Shown here piece after piece: positions 53,015-64,000 of a stretch of DNA of 64,000 nucleotides. The position numbers and the translations under genes were made by a program. Source of the stretch: Octopus sinensis (Eukaryota); NCBI RefSeq assembly GCF_006345805.1, contig NC_043006.1:61876001-61940000 (forward strand), read 5' to 3'. The notes under the pieces are model-generated. The model did not search any database, was not told the DNA's origin, and saw nothing but the letters and a program-made list of their open reading frames with translations. Each line of letters starts with the position of its first letter. The stretch's first letter is position 1.

Positions 53015-54887
53015 TAACTGTAATAGATAGCAATAAAGTGCCCGCAAAGTATTTCGATTTTATTCAGAGTGTATGAGGTATGAGCTCATAATATTCCATC
53101 TCGATAACAATAATGGGTTTCAAGATATTTTCGATTGTGTAGCTTCGTTTTTTCTTTGACAGGAACATATTTAATATAGCTAAATGCACCAGAATACGGT
53201 CCGCACAAATTACTGTTAAATCATCAGTTATAAAAAACACCAGTACTCTTGAATGATTTGATAGAAATAACTAATGAAATAGGTCATACGTTCACGTTGT
53301 CGTGTTTTACAACCAATCCACATCTTTTCCAGCAGATATATTCACGATGTCATTCCAGGCATTTGTGCTCATTTCTGGCACAACGTATCACGAATTCGAT
53401 CATTCATTCTCTGTATTTCGTTTGATAACATTAATGTTACATGGATAATGGAAACATCTGCTCCAACTGAATAAAAATGAGCTGTGTTGTATTTGAAAGA
53501 AATATTTTATTTGTAACGTATGAAAATATTGACGGTGCACTTAAGATGAAATTCTTGTGAAGACATACGAATAAATATCTTTTAAATAGCACCTTTAAAT
53601 TACAAAGCCCTTAGGCAACTAGAAGCCATATAAGATGTTAGTAGCATTTGCACTTTAAGACTAACATGGAACCGGTATACCGCTACACGTCATCCATGTA
53701 TATATATATAATATTTACACAGACACACAGTAACACACACTCATGCACACGATCACACACATATGTTTATGCGCGTGTCTGTGTGAGTGTGTGTGTGTTT
53801 TTATATATATATTTGAAAAAGGAGAAAAAATTCTTCACTTGTTCATCAACACTCCTCCACTCCCACATTTATTACCAAAACCCAACCGCACCCCATACAC
53901 ACCCAAATCTCTTATGTATAGAATCTCACAGCGCAATTCAACCAGAGATCAGCTTGACAATCGTCACCGAGAGATGTGAGAAAGTTAACAAGGAATCATT
54001 AAAAAATCTCCCCACCGAAGTTAATAGAGAATTTACGAGATCTACAAACCAAACTGTAAAATTATATTTAAAAAATTAAATTGATTATAACTACCACTTC
54101 ACTCATTCTTTTCCTTTTTCATAGATATATATATATATATATACACTCTCGCAAACCGATATCTGTGTGTGCGTGCGTGTGGTTATGCGTATATGTATAG
54201 ATGACACGTAGTGGTATACTGGTCCCATGTTAATATCAAATCGTAACTGTTAATAACATTTTACATGGCTTACATTTGCCTAAGGGCTTTGTAATTTAAA
54301 AGACATTTATTTGTATGCCTTCACACGAATTTCATCTTTAGGTTTCCGACACCATTTTGATGCTTTACAATAAAACATTTCTTTCAAGTACAACAACTTT
54401 CACTTTATTTAATTGGAGCAGATGTTTCCATTATCCATGTTACATTAATGTTATCAAACGAAATACAGAGAATGAATGATCGGATTCGTGATACTTTGTG
54501 CCAGAAATGAGCAAAAATGCCTGGAATTACATCGTTAATATATCTGCTAGAAAAGATTTGTATTACATGTAAAACACACGAATATGAACTTATGACCTCT
54601 CACATTAGTTATTTCTATCAAATCATTCAAGAGTACTTACGTCTTTATAACTGATACTTTAACAGAAATTTGTGCGGACGGTATTCTGAGGCATTTAGCT
54701 ATATTTAATATGATCCTGTCAAAGAAAACACGAAGCTGCACAAAAGAAAATATCTTGAAACACATTATCGTTATCGAAATGGAATATTATGACCTCGAAA
54801 TTTTTAGTCTGAAAAAATCGAAATATCTTGTGTAGTATTGGAGAATTCGACATGCGTGCGCTTTATTGCTAGTTATTACAGTTACGG
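53012..54887. mobile_element. ~1.9-kb foldback element with ~630-bp imperfect TIRs, TA-flanked
   Basis: 53012-53643 pairs with the reverse complement of 54251-54887 (cattcattctctgtatttcgtttgataacattaatg matches exactly); ends (t/c)cgtaactgtaata; no transposase in the spacer. Confidence 0.85.
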
Positions 54888-54907
54888 TATATAGTTATTG
54901 TAGCTTT

Positions 54908-55282
54908 GTGGTAAGAAGCTTGCTTCCCATCCATGTGTCTCCGGGTTCATCCCCACTGCGTGGTACCTTGGCAAGTGTTCTCTACTATAGTCTTGTGCTG
55001 ACCTAAGGATTGTGAGTGGATTTGGTGGACAGAAACTGAAAGAATTCCTTCGTATATAAATATATTTATATGTGTCTGTTGTGTATGTATGTGTGTGTGT
55101 CTGTGTTTGTTTCCAAACACAGACTTGACAATCGCCGTTGGTGTGTTTATACCCCTATAACATCAGCAGTTCGGCAAAAGTGTTCGATAGAATAAGTGCC
55201 GTATTTAGAAACGCACTGGAGTCGATACATTCGACAATAATTTCTCAAGTCGGTGCACCAGCATGGCCGCAGTCTAATGATG
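54908..55282 (+). mobile_element. tRNA-derived SINE (family A)
   Basis: gtggtaagaagcttgcttccc...ccgggttcatccccactgcgtgg...ccagcatggccgcagtc. Confidence 0.85.
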
Positions 55283-55288
55283 AATATA

Positions 55289-55822
55289 TACACAGACATG
55301 CAGGAGGTTAATAGACAACTTTAAGTTTCAAAATTTCTGATCTAAGCGTCTTAATATGTTTTCAGCGGTGTAGAATTTACAATGAAATTATTCTTTTTCA
55401 TCCCATGTGCCATTATATTAAACATTTGCGAAGAGTAACCATGTCACGCACAAAAAAATTCAGTAGAACTGTCAGATTTTCAAAGAGAGAGTATTGTTGA
55501 GCAATCTGAGGCTGGGCTGAGCTACCGAAAAATTGCCTAAAATCTTCAAATTCCTCTTGCTACTGTTAATAAAATCATAGTGCAATTCAAATGCCAAGGA
55601 AAAGAATCAACAGATACTCCTCCCGGCCGACCTGGTCTCACGGAAAGGAAGCTTCGCTGTTTGATGGGAATTGTGGCGAACAAACCCCGTTCGAAGGCTT
55701 CTGCCATTGCAAAACAGCTAGAAGTTAGACGAAGAACGTGTGTTACATATTTGCATAAGCTTGGATATTATGGACGAGCAGCTGGAAGAAAACCTCTCCT
55801 TCAGCCAATTAATATAAATTAA
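55289..55822 (+). pseudogene. Tc1-like transposon 5' fragment (HTH region of the transposase)
   Basis: From ATG 55441: ELSDFQRESIV...GLSYRKIA*NLQIPLATVNKII...GRPGLTERKLRCL...TYLHKLGYYGRAAGRKPLL; truncated before the DDE domain. Confidence 0.85.
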
Positions 55823-55948
55823 AAGATTTGGAAATTGAAGGTGTATATTTACTTCCTGTATGTCTGTGTCTATATATATATATATATGTATATATAATAA
55901 TGTGTATATATATATACATGCAATATATATGGATACACATATATATAC

Positions 55949-56000
<52 letters not shown>

Positions 56001-56329
56001 ATGTGAATATATATAAACCGCATATAGGGATAGCTTTATCCAAGATACACTGGTTTAATATAGTATACTTTATAGTATACAGTTCTTAAATAAATATATT
56101 ATATTTTATTTTTTATATACCCAGGACATTTACCCACGTTTTAGGAGGAGGTAGCCACAAGAAGACACATACCAGGCGTTCTATTCCCTTCCCAGCTTAA
56201 CGAGGTAAGCTCCGTTCTACGCTTGGGTCGAGGCATAGAACGCAGCCACCAGTATCAGCAGCGGGGCCCGACAGCATATGCTGGGGAACCCCCGCCGCAT
56301 CATTATGGTGCGGTATCACTTTGATCAAC

Positions 56330-56640
56330 ATCAAACTCATTCAACAGTCCACAAACACTCTCTAAGCTTTCCTATCATTTATAAACTCTTTTGTTCTCTC
56401 ACTACAACATTTAAGCTCCCCTACCCAATGTTCTAGCATTTACCTCTCTCACCACGCCATCCATACATAAAGTAAAAAGCCACAGAGACATCACACAACG
56501 CTGTCTTAACTCCACTTTTACATCAAACCACTCACTCCTCTACCCATCCTAATACGCGTCCTACTTTCTCTATAAAAACTTTGTATCACACTCAACAATC
56601 TACCATCTATTCCATACAACCGCAACACCTGAATCCCTAT
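56330..56640 (-). pseudogene. RTE-clade RT fragment
   Basis: VLRLYGIDGRLLSVIQSFYRES...EWFDVKVELRQRCVMSLWLFTLCMDGVVREV. Confidence 0.8.
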
Positions 56641-56842
56641 CCAAAGGGGCGGGAGTGAATGGGCTGGGAATCCACTCCTAGTAAACTCATATTCCTAAAA
56701 AGACAACAAATATATTATAGGAGTATTTAATATTATTAAATAAGAAAATGGAGAGATATAATGGATACAAATTAATTCTTTATTAATTAATATTGCCTAC
56801 AATTGTTTCCATTTACACTCAATATAAATTACAAAATATGTT

Positions 56843-57200
56843 TAACTAGCAGTATAGCCCGGATTTGCTCGCGATTAAGTTAGAATTATTAAGTTAATCA
56901 AGCTCTTCATTTCAAAGCAAACTAAGTAATATCGACGTCAAATTTGAGTGAAATCCGTTGAAATTGCTAAACTTTTGGTTGAAATATTGTAGACAATTTG
57001 ATTGGGAAATCCCATAAGGTATCGGTTTATCGAATTTCCCACTAATCGATTGTATTTTTTTTTCCTCATTTTTGGAGAACTTGCACATTCAAAGATCCCA
57101 TAAGTCATAAGTAATCCTGGCATCAAGTTTGAACAAACTACATCGAAATGGTAGACGTTATGGTTGAAAAGAGTCGGATCTCTCCTTTCGAAAACATGAA
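56843..57200 (+). mobile_element. Helentron/HINE-like element, diverged
   Basis: taactagcagtatagcccggatttgctcgcg start resembles 5662; later aagtttgaacaaact...cgaaatgg block. Confidence 0.5.
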
Positions 57201-57369
57201 CAGTTTCGAAACATTGTTTACGAAATAATAGCTGACCGTTTGCGAAGGAGCGTGTCTACAGTCAACACGTAGGTCTTTTGCTCTGGTAACATCTGCTCTC
57301 TCCCATGTTCATGCCCGACCAGCTATATATAGCTTTGAGCAGAGCAACGGATTCAGCTAATTTGGAAAT

Positions 57370-58680
57370 GAGTTGTGGAGAAACAGAGAATATCGCTTAC
57401 ATCATTTTTGCTCATTACGGAAGATGCCACTTTCTATGAAAACAGTTATACGTATATCCAGTCAAGACAGTATTTTATACATTGTTGTTAAGCAGGTTGT
57501 AGGTCTATAATTTCTTGGTTCGTTTCTTTCTTCATTTTGTGGAATTAGAAATGTAACACCACTACTAGCCAAGAGGGAATCGTACTAGATTGCTGCAAAA
57601 CATTGTTATAATGTTTTGTTAGAAGTTCATGACTTTCTGGAAAAGCATTCAACCAGAAGTTAAGATTTTATCCTTTCTTGAAGACTTCCATTTTCTTGAT
57701 TTCGCGGAAGCAGATTTTACATCCTCTACCATGATACACTCCTCCTTTTGTTGTTCGAAGAATTCTACACCAGTAGATATTGTATTGTGCATTTTATTTT
57801 ATTCTACCCAAAATGTATTCCAAACGTCCTGCACATATTTTTGATAGGACAGGCTTTACTGTAACTGATATTTTCCCTACCTTGCTGTAAAATTTTTGAG
57901 GATATTTTTGAACACTTTGTTGTTCTTGAAGAACCCAACGCGCTTTTCATACAGTGCTATGCTGGGAGCTTTAGCAAATACCTTTTGCTTCATATTTTCT
58001 ATGGTGTTTTGTTGTCAAGAATGGTTTTCATATACTTTTTTTTTTCATTTTCGGATTTTTGTAGGTTTCATATTTTTGTCAAACTTAAGGCTATTTAAAC
58101 ATTCGAAGTTAGCTCTAAGTAACTGAATTTGGTTTTGAATACGCCCTTGCCAAATAGGCTTTTTGTGAAAATGGTATCGTTTTCTAATATTTTCACTACA
58201 TAGAATCTCTGAGATTTTCGCGGATGCTTAGTACAGGTGATTGAGATCTACAATATCATTACCTGAAATTGTATACTTGAGTGCAAGGCGGAATTTACCA
58301 ATCGCATTCAGATTTGTTTACAGCTGCGAATTTTTGGAAGAATGTCACGTGCATTCATACTGGTTTCTTTAATTTTCAGTCATTCAATCATGATTTGATT
58401 CTTTAGATCATATAGTTCAGTTGGCTCAATTTCTGTGTGACTTCCTTCATATATTTGTTTTTCATCTGCCTTTGTGATTCTGGCTGGTTCCGAGTGTATT
58501 TCACTTAGCTTATCTGTTACATTGACTCTTTTCCTTACTTTATTTTCATCAGACCTGAGTTGGTCTGCTATATTTTCTCAGCACTAACTTCGTTCCTTTT
58601 ACCCCTTACTGATTAGCTAATTTGGTCAATCTCTAGTTCAGTTAGCAATTTCTTTTTCATAATGTTTCTTCTGACATTAA
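57370..58680 (-). pseudogene. R4/Dong-clade LINE fragment (N-terminal region to RT start), heavily degraded
   Basis: NVRRNIMKKKLLTELEIDQI...IKETSMNARDILPK...QKFYSKV...VWNTFW...VKSASAKSRKWKSSRKDKI...PRNYRPTTCLTTMYKIL. Confidence 0.75.
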
Positions 58681-58682
58681 AG

Positions 58683-58950
58683 GGTAAAGACCCCCTTCGG
58701 TCATGAATGACCATGGGATTGTACCTAGAAAGTTACCCTCCTAGACACAAGTCCGGGCAAGGTTGTTTATGGAAGACCAGCAGTCGCCCATGCATACCAG
58801 CCTCCCCTCTCCACGCCACTAGTGTTATCCAAGGGAAAGACAAAGGTCAATACAGCTTGGCACCAGTGACGTCGTAACTCATTTCTACAGCTGAGTGAAC
58901 TGGAGCAACGTGGAATAAAGTGCCTTGCTCAAGAACACAACACGCAGCCC
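58683..58950 (-). mobile_element. SINE (family B), head-truncated
   Basis: Minus gttgtgttcttgagcaaggcactttattccacgttgctccagttcactcagctgtagaaatgag is the post-tRNA block typical of many metazoan SINEs. Confidence 0.7.
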
Positions 58951-58992
58951 GTTAGCAAGTTTATTACTATATATGTACGATCTTACTTCAAG

Positions 58993-59164
58993 GATCATCA
59001 TCATCATAATCATCATCATCACCATCACCATCACCACCACCACCACTACCACCACCATCAACATCATCATCATCATCATCATCATCAATCATCGTCGTCG
59101 TCGTCGTCGTCATCATCATCATCATCATCATCATCATCTAATAATAATAATAATAATAATAATA

Positions 59165-59195
<31 letters not shown>
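58993..59195. repeat. Compound (ATC)n/(ACC)n/(GTC)n/(AAT)n microsatellite
   Basis: Seen directly. Confidence 0.95.
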
Positions 59196-59439
59196 TCAGA
59201 AAAATATCCTCGTTTCAGACAAGTGTTTCCGTTTCCGCCCGTTATACCTTTTAGACATCATAGATATATTAGAGATCAGTACGTCTAATAAAGACTCCGT
59301 TGGAGTTTCTGAACGCTGCACCCCCAATAACACCCACAAGCGAGGTAAGCCCTGTTCGTTTTGCAATAACATGTGTTAGACCAATGTCATCAAGGATTAT
59401 AATAAATACACTTCTATATTTAAGAGATGAGGAACTATG

Positions 59440-59675
59440 TACATTATTTACAATTCACGAATATTTGTCCTCATCTTGTTTGTTGTTAATACAACGTTTC
59501 GGTTGATATATGGGGAAAATAACAAACCTGGATCCTCATTCTTATGGCATTTTTCGATGTTGTTGTTGGTGTTATTATTAATAGTATTCTGGTTACTGCC
59601 TGGAATCGAACTCGGAATATTGGGGTTAGTAGCCCGCGCCCTTAACCACTACGCCATATGCCCGTGGGCAAATAT
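59440..59675 (-). mobile_element. tRNA-headed SINE (family C)
   Basis: Minus GGGCATATGGCGTAGTGGTTAAGGGCGCGGGCTACTAACCCCAATATTCCGAGTTCGATTCCAGGC contains A box and B box, then an AAT/AAC linker and a tail with gccGAAACGTT-like aaccGAAACGTT. Confidence 0.75.
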
Positions 59676-59704
59676 GGAGTGAATTTTAGGGTTTATAAAA
59701 CTAA

Positions 59705-60250
59705 TATTCACCTATCGTTCCTTAATACCGGTTCCCGTATGCTGTTCATATCTGCACTAGATCTACTTAGGAGGTTGCTGTGTCCTAGCATATATACTGT
59801 TTCTTATAGTTTCATTGGTGTTCTCTGTCTATTATTTTAACTTTATCGCAGAGGGGGAGGTGGTCTCCATTTTTCCATACATGATCAGCTATACCCGATT
59901 TATCAATACCTCCCCGTGTTCTCCTACACTTATTTTGAGGCATGTTTCGCCTTTGTATACCCTACCACAGCTGCATGGGATGGGGTACACGCAGTTCGCA
60001 GTCATATTCTCTTCTATTGGTGGTTTTACTCCAAGGAGATATTTGCGATGTCTTGTATTATATTTGAATACCTTCCAGATGTGATATGGGCCGCATTTCT
60101 TTGTATCTTTTGGAGAGACGTTTCACATATAGTAGCCAGACTTTGGATAGGTTGTCGGTTTCATCCACTCTCTTGTTTCGCAATTGGAGTGGAGAATATG
60201 CTTTTGGGGTAGTGCGGACTGTGCAATGTGTTAGCGTGAGTTGCATACCA
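59705..60250 (-). pseudogene. Penelope-like GIY-YIG fragment
   Basis: NCVYPIPCSCGRVYKGET...GEH...SGIADHVWKNGDHLPLCDKVKIIDRE; a decayed hammerhead-like remnant lies downstream at ~59345-59400. Confidence 0.8.
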
Positions 60251-60446
60251 ATAAAATTCCAAACGCAAACAATAAAAAAACACTATCGCCAGACCACTCA
60301 TTAACGATATAAGGACACTATCAAATCGAGTTGCTCCGGTTCACCTCTGAAGAACACAATGCTGTGAAACTCGAATCCCTAGAAAAGATTCAGTTAAAAA
60401 CATTTCTCATTGCCTAACACATAATCTCGTGCGTGCATGCGCACTT

Positions 60447-60509
<63 letters not shown>

Positions 60510-60869
60510 GTTAAGAACAACTGTAACTTTCTGAACCATTTCATATTGTATTTTATACAGATCTGTAATATGGCATTATCCTATGAATGAAATTTCCATT
60601 GATGCTTTGAAATAAGTAATATATACGTCCCTTTATTTTGTATCTTATTTGTTTCTAATTATTGGAAGCCATTGTGCATATTCACGTCGTTAGGTTATAG
60701 TGTATGTTCAAGTGCCATCTAAGGACATCATCTATCTCTTTTCCAAAGAGAAGTCGAATATTTCTGGGGAGTTCTCAAATAATAAGTAGCAATATTAGAC
60801 GTCATCGTCATTGTCGCGGCTGTTGTCATTGTTGCCCTGGGGCAGTAGTATTTTCATCTACTCTTGGAA

Positions 60870-61050
60870 CTAAATTTCGCTATGTCAATAAAGACGTCTC
60901 AAGGATAGTCTCTCAAGGTTGTTGGACTTTGCCTTGCTTCTCTCATGGGCAATTATATGTAGGATGTTCGCGAGTTGGAAGTCCCCAAATCTTTTCATTT
61001 ATACACCAATTAAAGGACACACTTAAAACATCGTATAGTTAGAAGCTAGG
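60870..61050 (+). pseudogene. Helitron RepHel PIF1-helicase C-terminal fragment
   Basis: FAMSIKTSQG*SLKVVGL then, frameshifted, PCFSHGQLYVGCSRVGSP (consensus FAMTINKSQGQSL...PCFSHGQLYVACSRV). Confidence 0.85.
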
Positions 61051-61204
61051 TATTTCAAATAAGTACTGACAATTGAAGATGATTGCAAAAACAAAGGACT
61101 ACATCGTTATTAATATATACAATTGGTATCTCAGCTACTAGGACTTAAGACCTGAGTATTCTATGTTGCATGTTATAGATCTAAAATGCATTTTATAAAT
61201 GATA

Positions 61205-61390
61205 GATTGCTAGCCACTACACATTCTTTATTTTCTCTACCTATTTCTTTCTGTGTTCTGTTCTGTGGAAGAAAGTAGGCTCGAAATGTTAAAGGCTTTT
61301 TCACTTCCAGAGCGTTAAATTAATATATCTGCTTGTTGTCTACACCACCTGTCTTCGTCTATTGCATTTTTGTGGATACTCCCTACATAT
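61205..61390 (+). repeat. PLE pseudo-LTR family Y
   Basis: tagccactac...ctgtggaagaaagtaggctcgaaatgttaaagg...caccacctgtcttcgtc, homologous to 52735-52935. Confidence 0.75.
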
Positions 61391-61434
61391 ATATATATAT
61401 ATGGTGGGGTGTATATATATGTTAGTAGGAAGTG

Positions 61435-61595
61435 GTGCTGAAAAGTTTCTGGTTTTAGGAGTATCGCGAAAGTCCTGGTCGAAGGACCAGATTTCCGCAT
61501 TCTCTTATACAGCTTAGAAAGACTGAAGGCGTGTGTGAATCTCAGAGGGAAATATGTCGAATAAAATCATAACTATATTATCTTCCCGTATTTTC
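61435..61595 (+). mobile_element. Mariner-derived MITE or 3' remnant
   Basis: gtgctgaaaagtttctgg end and cttagaaagactgaagg...tgtgtgaatctcagagggaaatatgtcgaataa, resembling the mariner C-terminal ..C...G.YVE* motif. Confidence 0.6.
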
Positions 61596-62419
61596 GTGAG
61601 TGTGTGTATATTTGTATTATCATGTAAAAAAATGGAGAGATATAATGGTTTTAAATTAATTCTTAATTAATTAACATTAACTACATCTATTTCAATACAC
61701 ACTCAATATAAGTTACAAAATATATGTAATAAAATGAGATAATATTGCATTTTTTCAGGTTTTGAGTGCAATATCTCAAGGGCAAAAATGGACGTTGTGG
61801 AATTTACACGTAAATCAGTTGTGGTACTCCAATAAATTAAGTAGATGAAAGCATTTTCAGTTATTTATGTGAGTGTGTGTATACGTTAATATTTTATGTA
61901 AGTATGGTAATCTTATAATTATTTAACTGTAATAATAATAATGATGATTTAAAGTATATAAAAATGAATGATTATATCAAACATTAAAGATATAAATAAC
62001 GATTAAAAATAGAGATGAAAATGAGAAATGAAAGTAATAAAATAAAAGTAGTAAAACAATAATTATAGCAATATACAAATTTTTTTAATAGAAATAATAA
62101 TAAAAAATAAAAATAAAAACAAAAACTATACGAATGGATTTATGTTTCATTTAAAATTCGTGTGTGAATGCGCGTATAAAATTGAAAGATAATTTATATG
62201 TGCGTATGTGGCATCAAAATTAGTGTTCTCAATAGATATATTACAATCTGAAATTAATTGTATTAATTTACTAGATTAATTAATAACGATTAATTTAATA
62301 ACGAATAACACTTAATATATTAATATATATATATATAATATATATATATATATATGTATATATAAATATATATATATATATATATGTGGTGTGTGTGTGT
62401 GTGTGTGTATATATATATG

Positions 62420-62450
<31 letters not shown>

Positions 62451-63367
62451 TATATTTGTATATATATTTGTGTGAATATGTGTGTGTGTGATTACCCCCA
62501 CACACTTAGATATATATATATATATAATATATATATATATAAATAAGAATTGATAGCTATAATTAATTTTTATAATTAGATTAATATGACTATCGATATA
62601 AATATAAATATACTTATGTATTACTAAGTATAATACATTACCTTTATCATTTTTATTTTTGTTTTCAAACAATTATACACTCGTAAATATTAATATACTA
62701 AATTATCTTACTGTTTTATGCTATAATAAATTGCATAATTGTTTTTTGGTGTCTATCATATATTATCACTTTCGATACTTATTATATGTCGATAGATATA
62801 AATATAATGCTTAATTATAATTAGTGGGTTTTATGATTAACTTTTTCGAAAATTATATACAAAGGCATATTTAAAAACTGTTTTGATTAGATAATCTGTT
62901 ACTAACATACATATTACACATACACACACAGAAATTAACTTAGGCAGTAAATATACATACACACACACACAACACACACACATACATAAACCAAAATGGA
63001 AGATGTACATCCGTCAAATATAACTGCACATATTGATAAACTGATTTTATTCGACAATCTTTTAATAAAGTGCATGCACGAAGACGCACACATAAATTAG
63101 CATACATAGTAAGCATCCATATACCCTCACACATATAATCACAGACAAACACAAATAGACAATAGACATTCATGTTTATTAAGTTTTTTCATACCCTTAT
63201 CTTTATCTTTCATCTTTTATTTTTATACGTAGACACTTACTTACACACGAATTCAAATGAACCACAGAATCCATATGTATGAAGTTTTTATTTGTATTTC
63301 TTATTGTTATCCTAATTTTTTATTATTTGTTCTTATATATTTATAGATATATAATTATTATTTTATT

Positions 63368-64000
63368 GTGACGCATATTTGCCATTTGAATATGGCTAAC
63401 CCCTAAGGGTGGATGCTACTGTAGTTTGTAGCCCCAGGAAGATATCTTCTCCAGCTGGCTATAGACACACTATCTGTGTCCTATCAGTATTTGTGAAGGG
63501 AAGTCATCCTCCCCGTCTTCAACTCATGATACACACGGACTCGAGTTTCAAGGTGTTTACCTATCATCAGCGTGTGACAATCATGGTTGTCGACGAGAAG
63601 TCAGCTCCCTTCACAAATACATATACTTTTTCCAGTGTCGATTGACACTGATATTGAAAAAGTGAAATCAATCAATGATAAATCTCAGAGCGAGTTATAA
63701 ACAGTAGCGGTAACACATCGTGACGCATATTTGCCATTTGAATATGGCTAACCCCTAAGGGTGGATGCTACTGTAGTTTGTAGCCCCAGGAAGATATCTC
63801 CTCCAGCTGGCTATAGACACACTATATGTGTCCTCTCAGTATTTGTGAAGGGGAGTCATCCTCCCCGTCTTCAACTCATGATACACACGGACTCGAGTTT
63901 CAAGGTGTTTACCTATCATTAGCGTGTGACAATCATGGTTGTCGACGAGAAGTCAGCTCCCTTCACAAATACATATACTTTTTCCAGTGTCGATTGACAC
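63368..64000 (+). repeat. 352-bp tandem duplication (family X arm plus a 134-bp IR-bounded insert)
   Basis: gtgacgcatatttgcc at 63368 and 63720; the units are nearly identical; the second runs off the window. Confidence 0.92.

Noticed and set aside
53648-54079. 143-aa ORF in the foldback spacer as a possible transposase
   Set aside because: Mostly CA/TA low-complexity translation, with no DDE or HTH motif.
56320-56334. tgatcaacatcaa resembling the Tx1 target site
   Set aside because: Only a ~13-nt match inside an RTE remnant; expected by chance.
59600-59672. Possible functional tRNA gene
   Set aside because: No proper acceptor stem or T-run terminator, and it continues into a SINE body; treated as a SINE head.
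60341-60385. CTGAAGA...GAAACTCGAATC hammerhead-like motif
   Set aside because: Stem I does not pair (cacct versus cctag) and the stem III palindrome is broken; at most a decayed remnant.

Overview
AT-rich, microsatellite-laden eukaryotic DNA, most likely a coleoid cephalopod (octopus). That assignment is inferred from the recurring tRNA-derived SINE families and the (TA)n/(CA)n load, without a database search. I found no intact host protein-coding gene, rRNA, functional tRNA or CRISPR array. The window is a layered set of mobile elements: one full-length Tx1/L1-clade LINE (9654-14930, minus), three R4/Dong-type RLE-LINE pieces, two RTE pieces, at least five Penelope-like (PLE) RT or GIY-YIG fragments, Tc1, mariner, Helitron and Helentron-like remnants, several SINEs and several long foldback inverted repeats. 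The most interesting structure is at 9280-15965. A ~484-bp repeat carrying a minimal type-I hammerhead ribozyme (PLE pseudo-LTR or retrozyme-like) occurs as one inverted copy plus ~2 tandem copies between (TA)n tracts. The Tx1 LINE sits inside the inverted copy with an 18-bp target duplication, just after a TATA/TCAGTT core-promoter-like motif and ~100 nt before the ribozyme cleavage site. Coordinates of degraded elements are approximate, read by eye.
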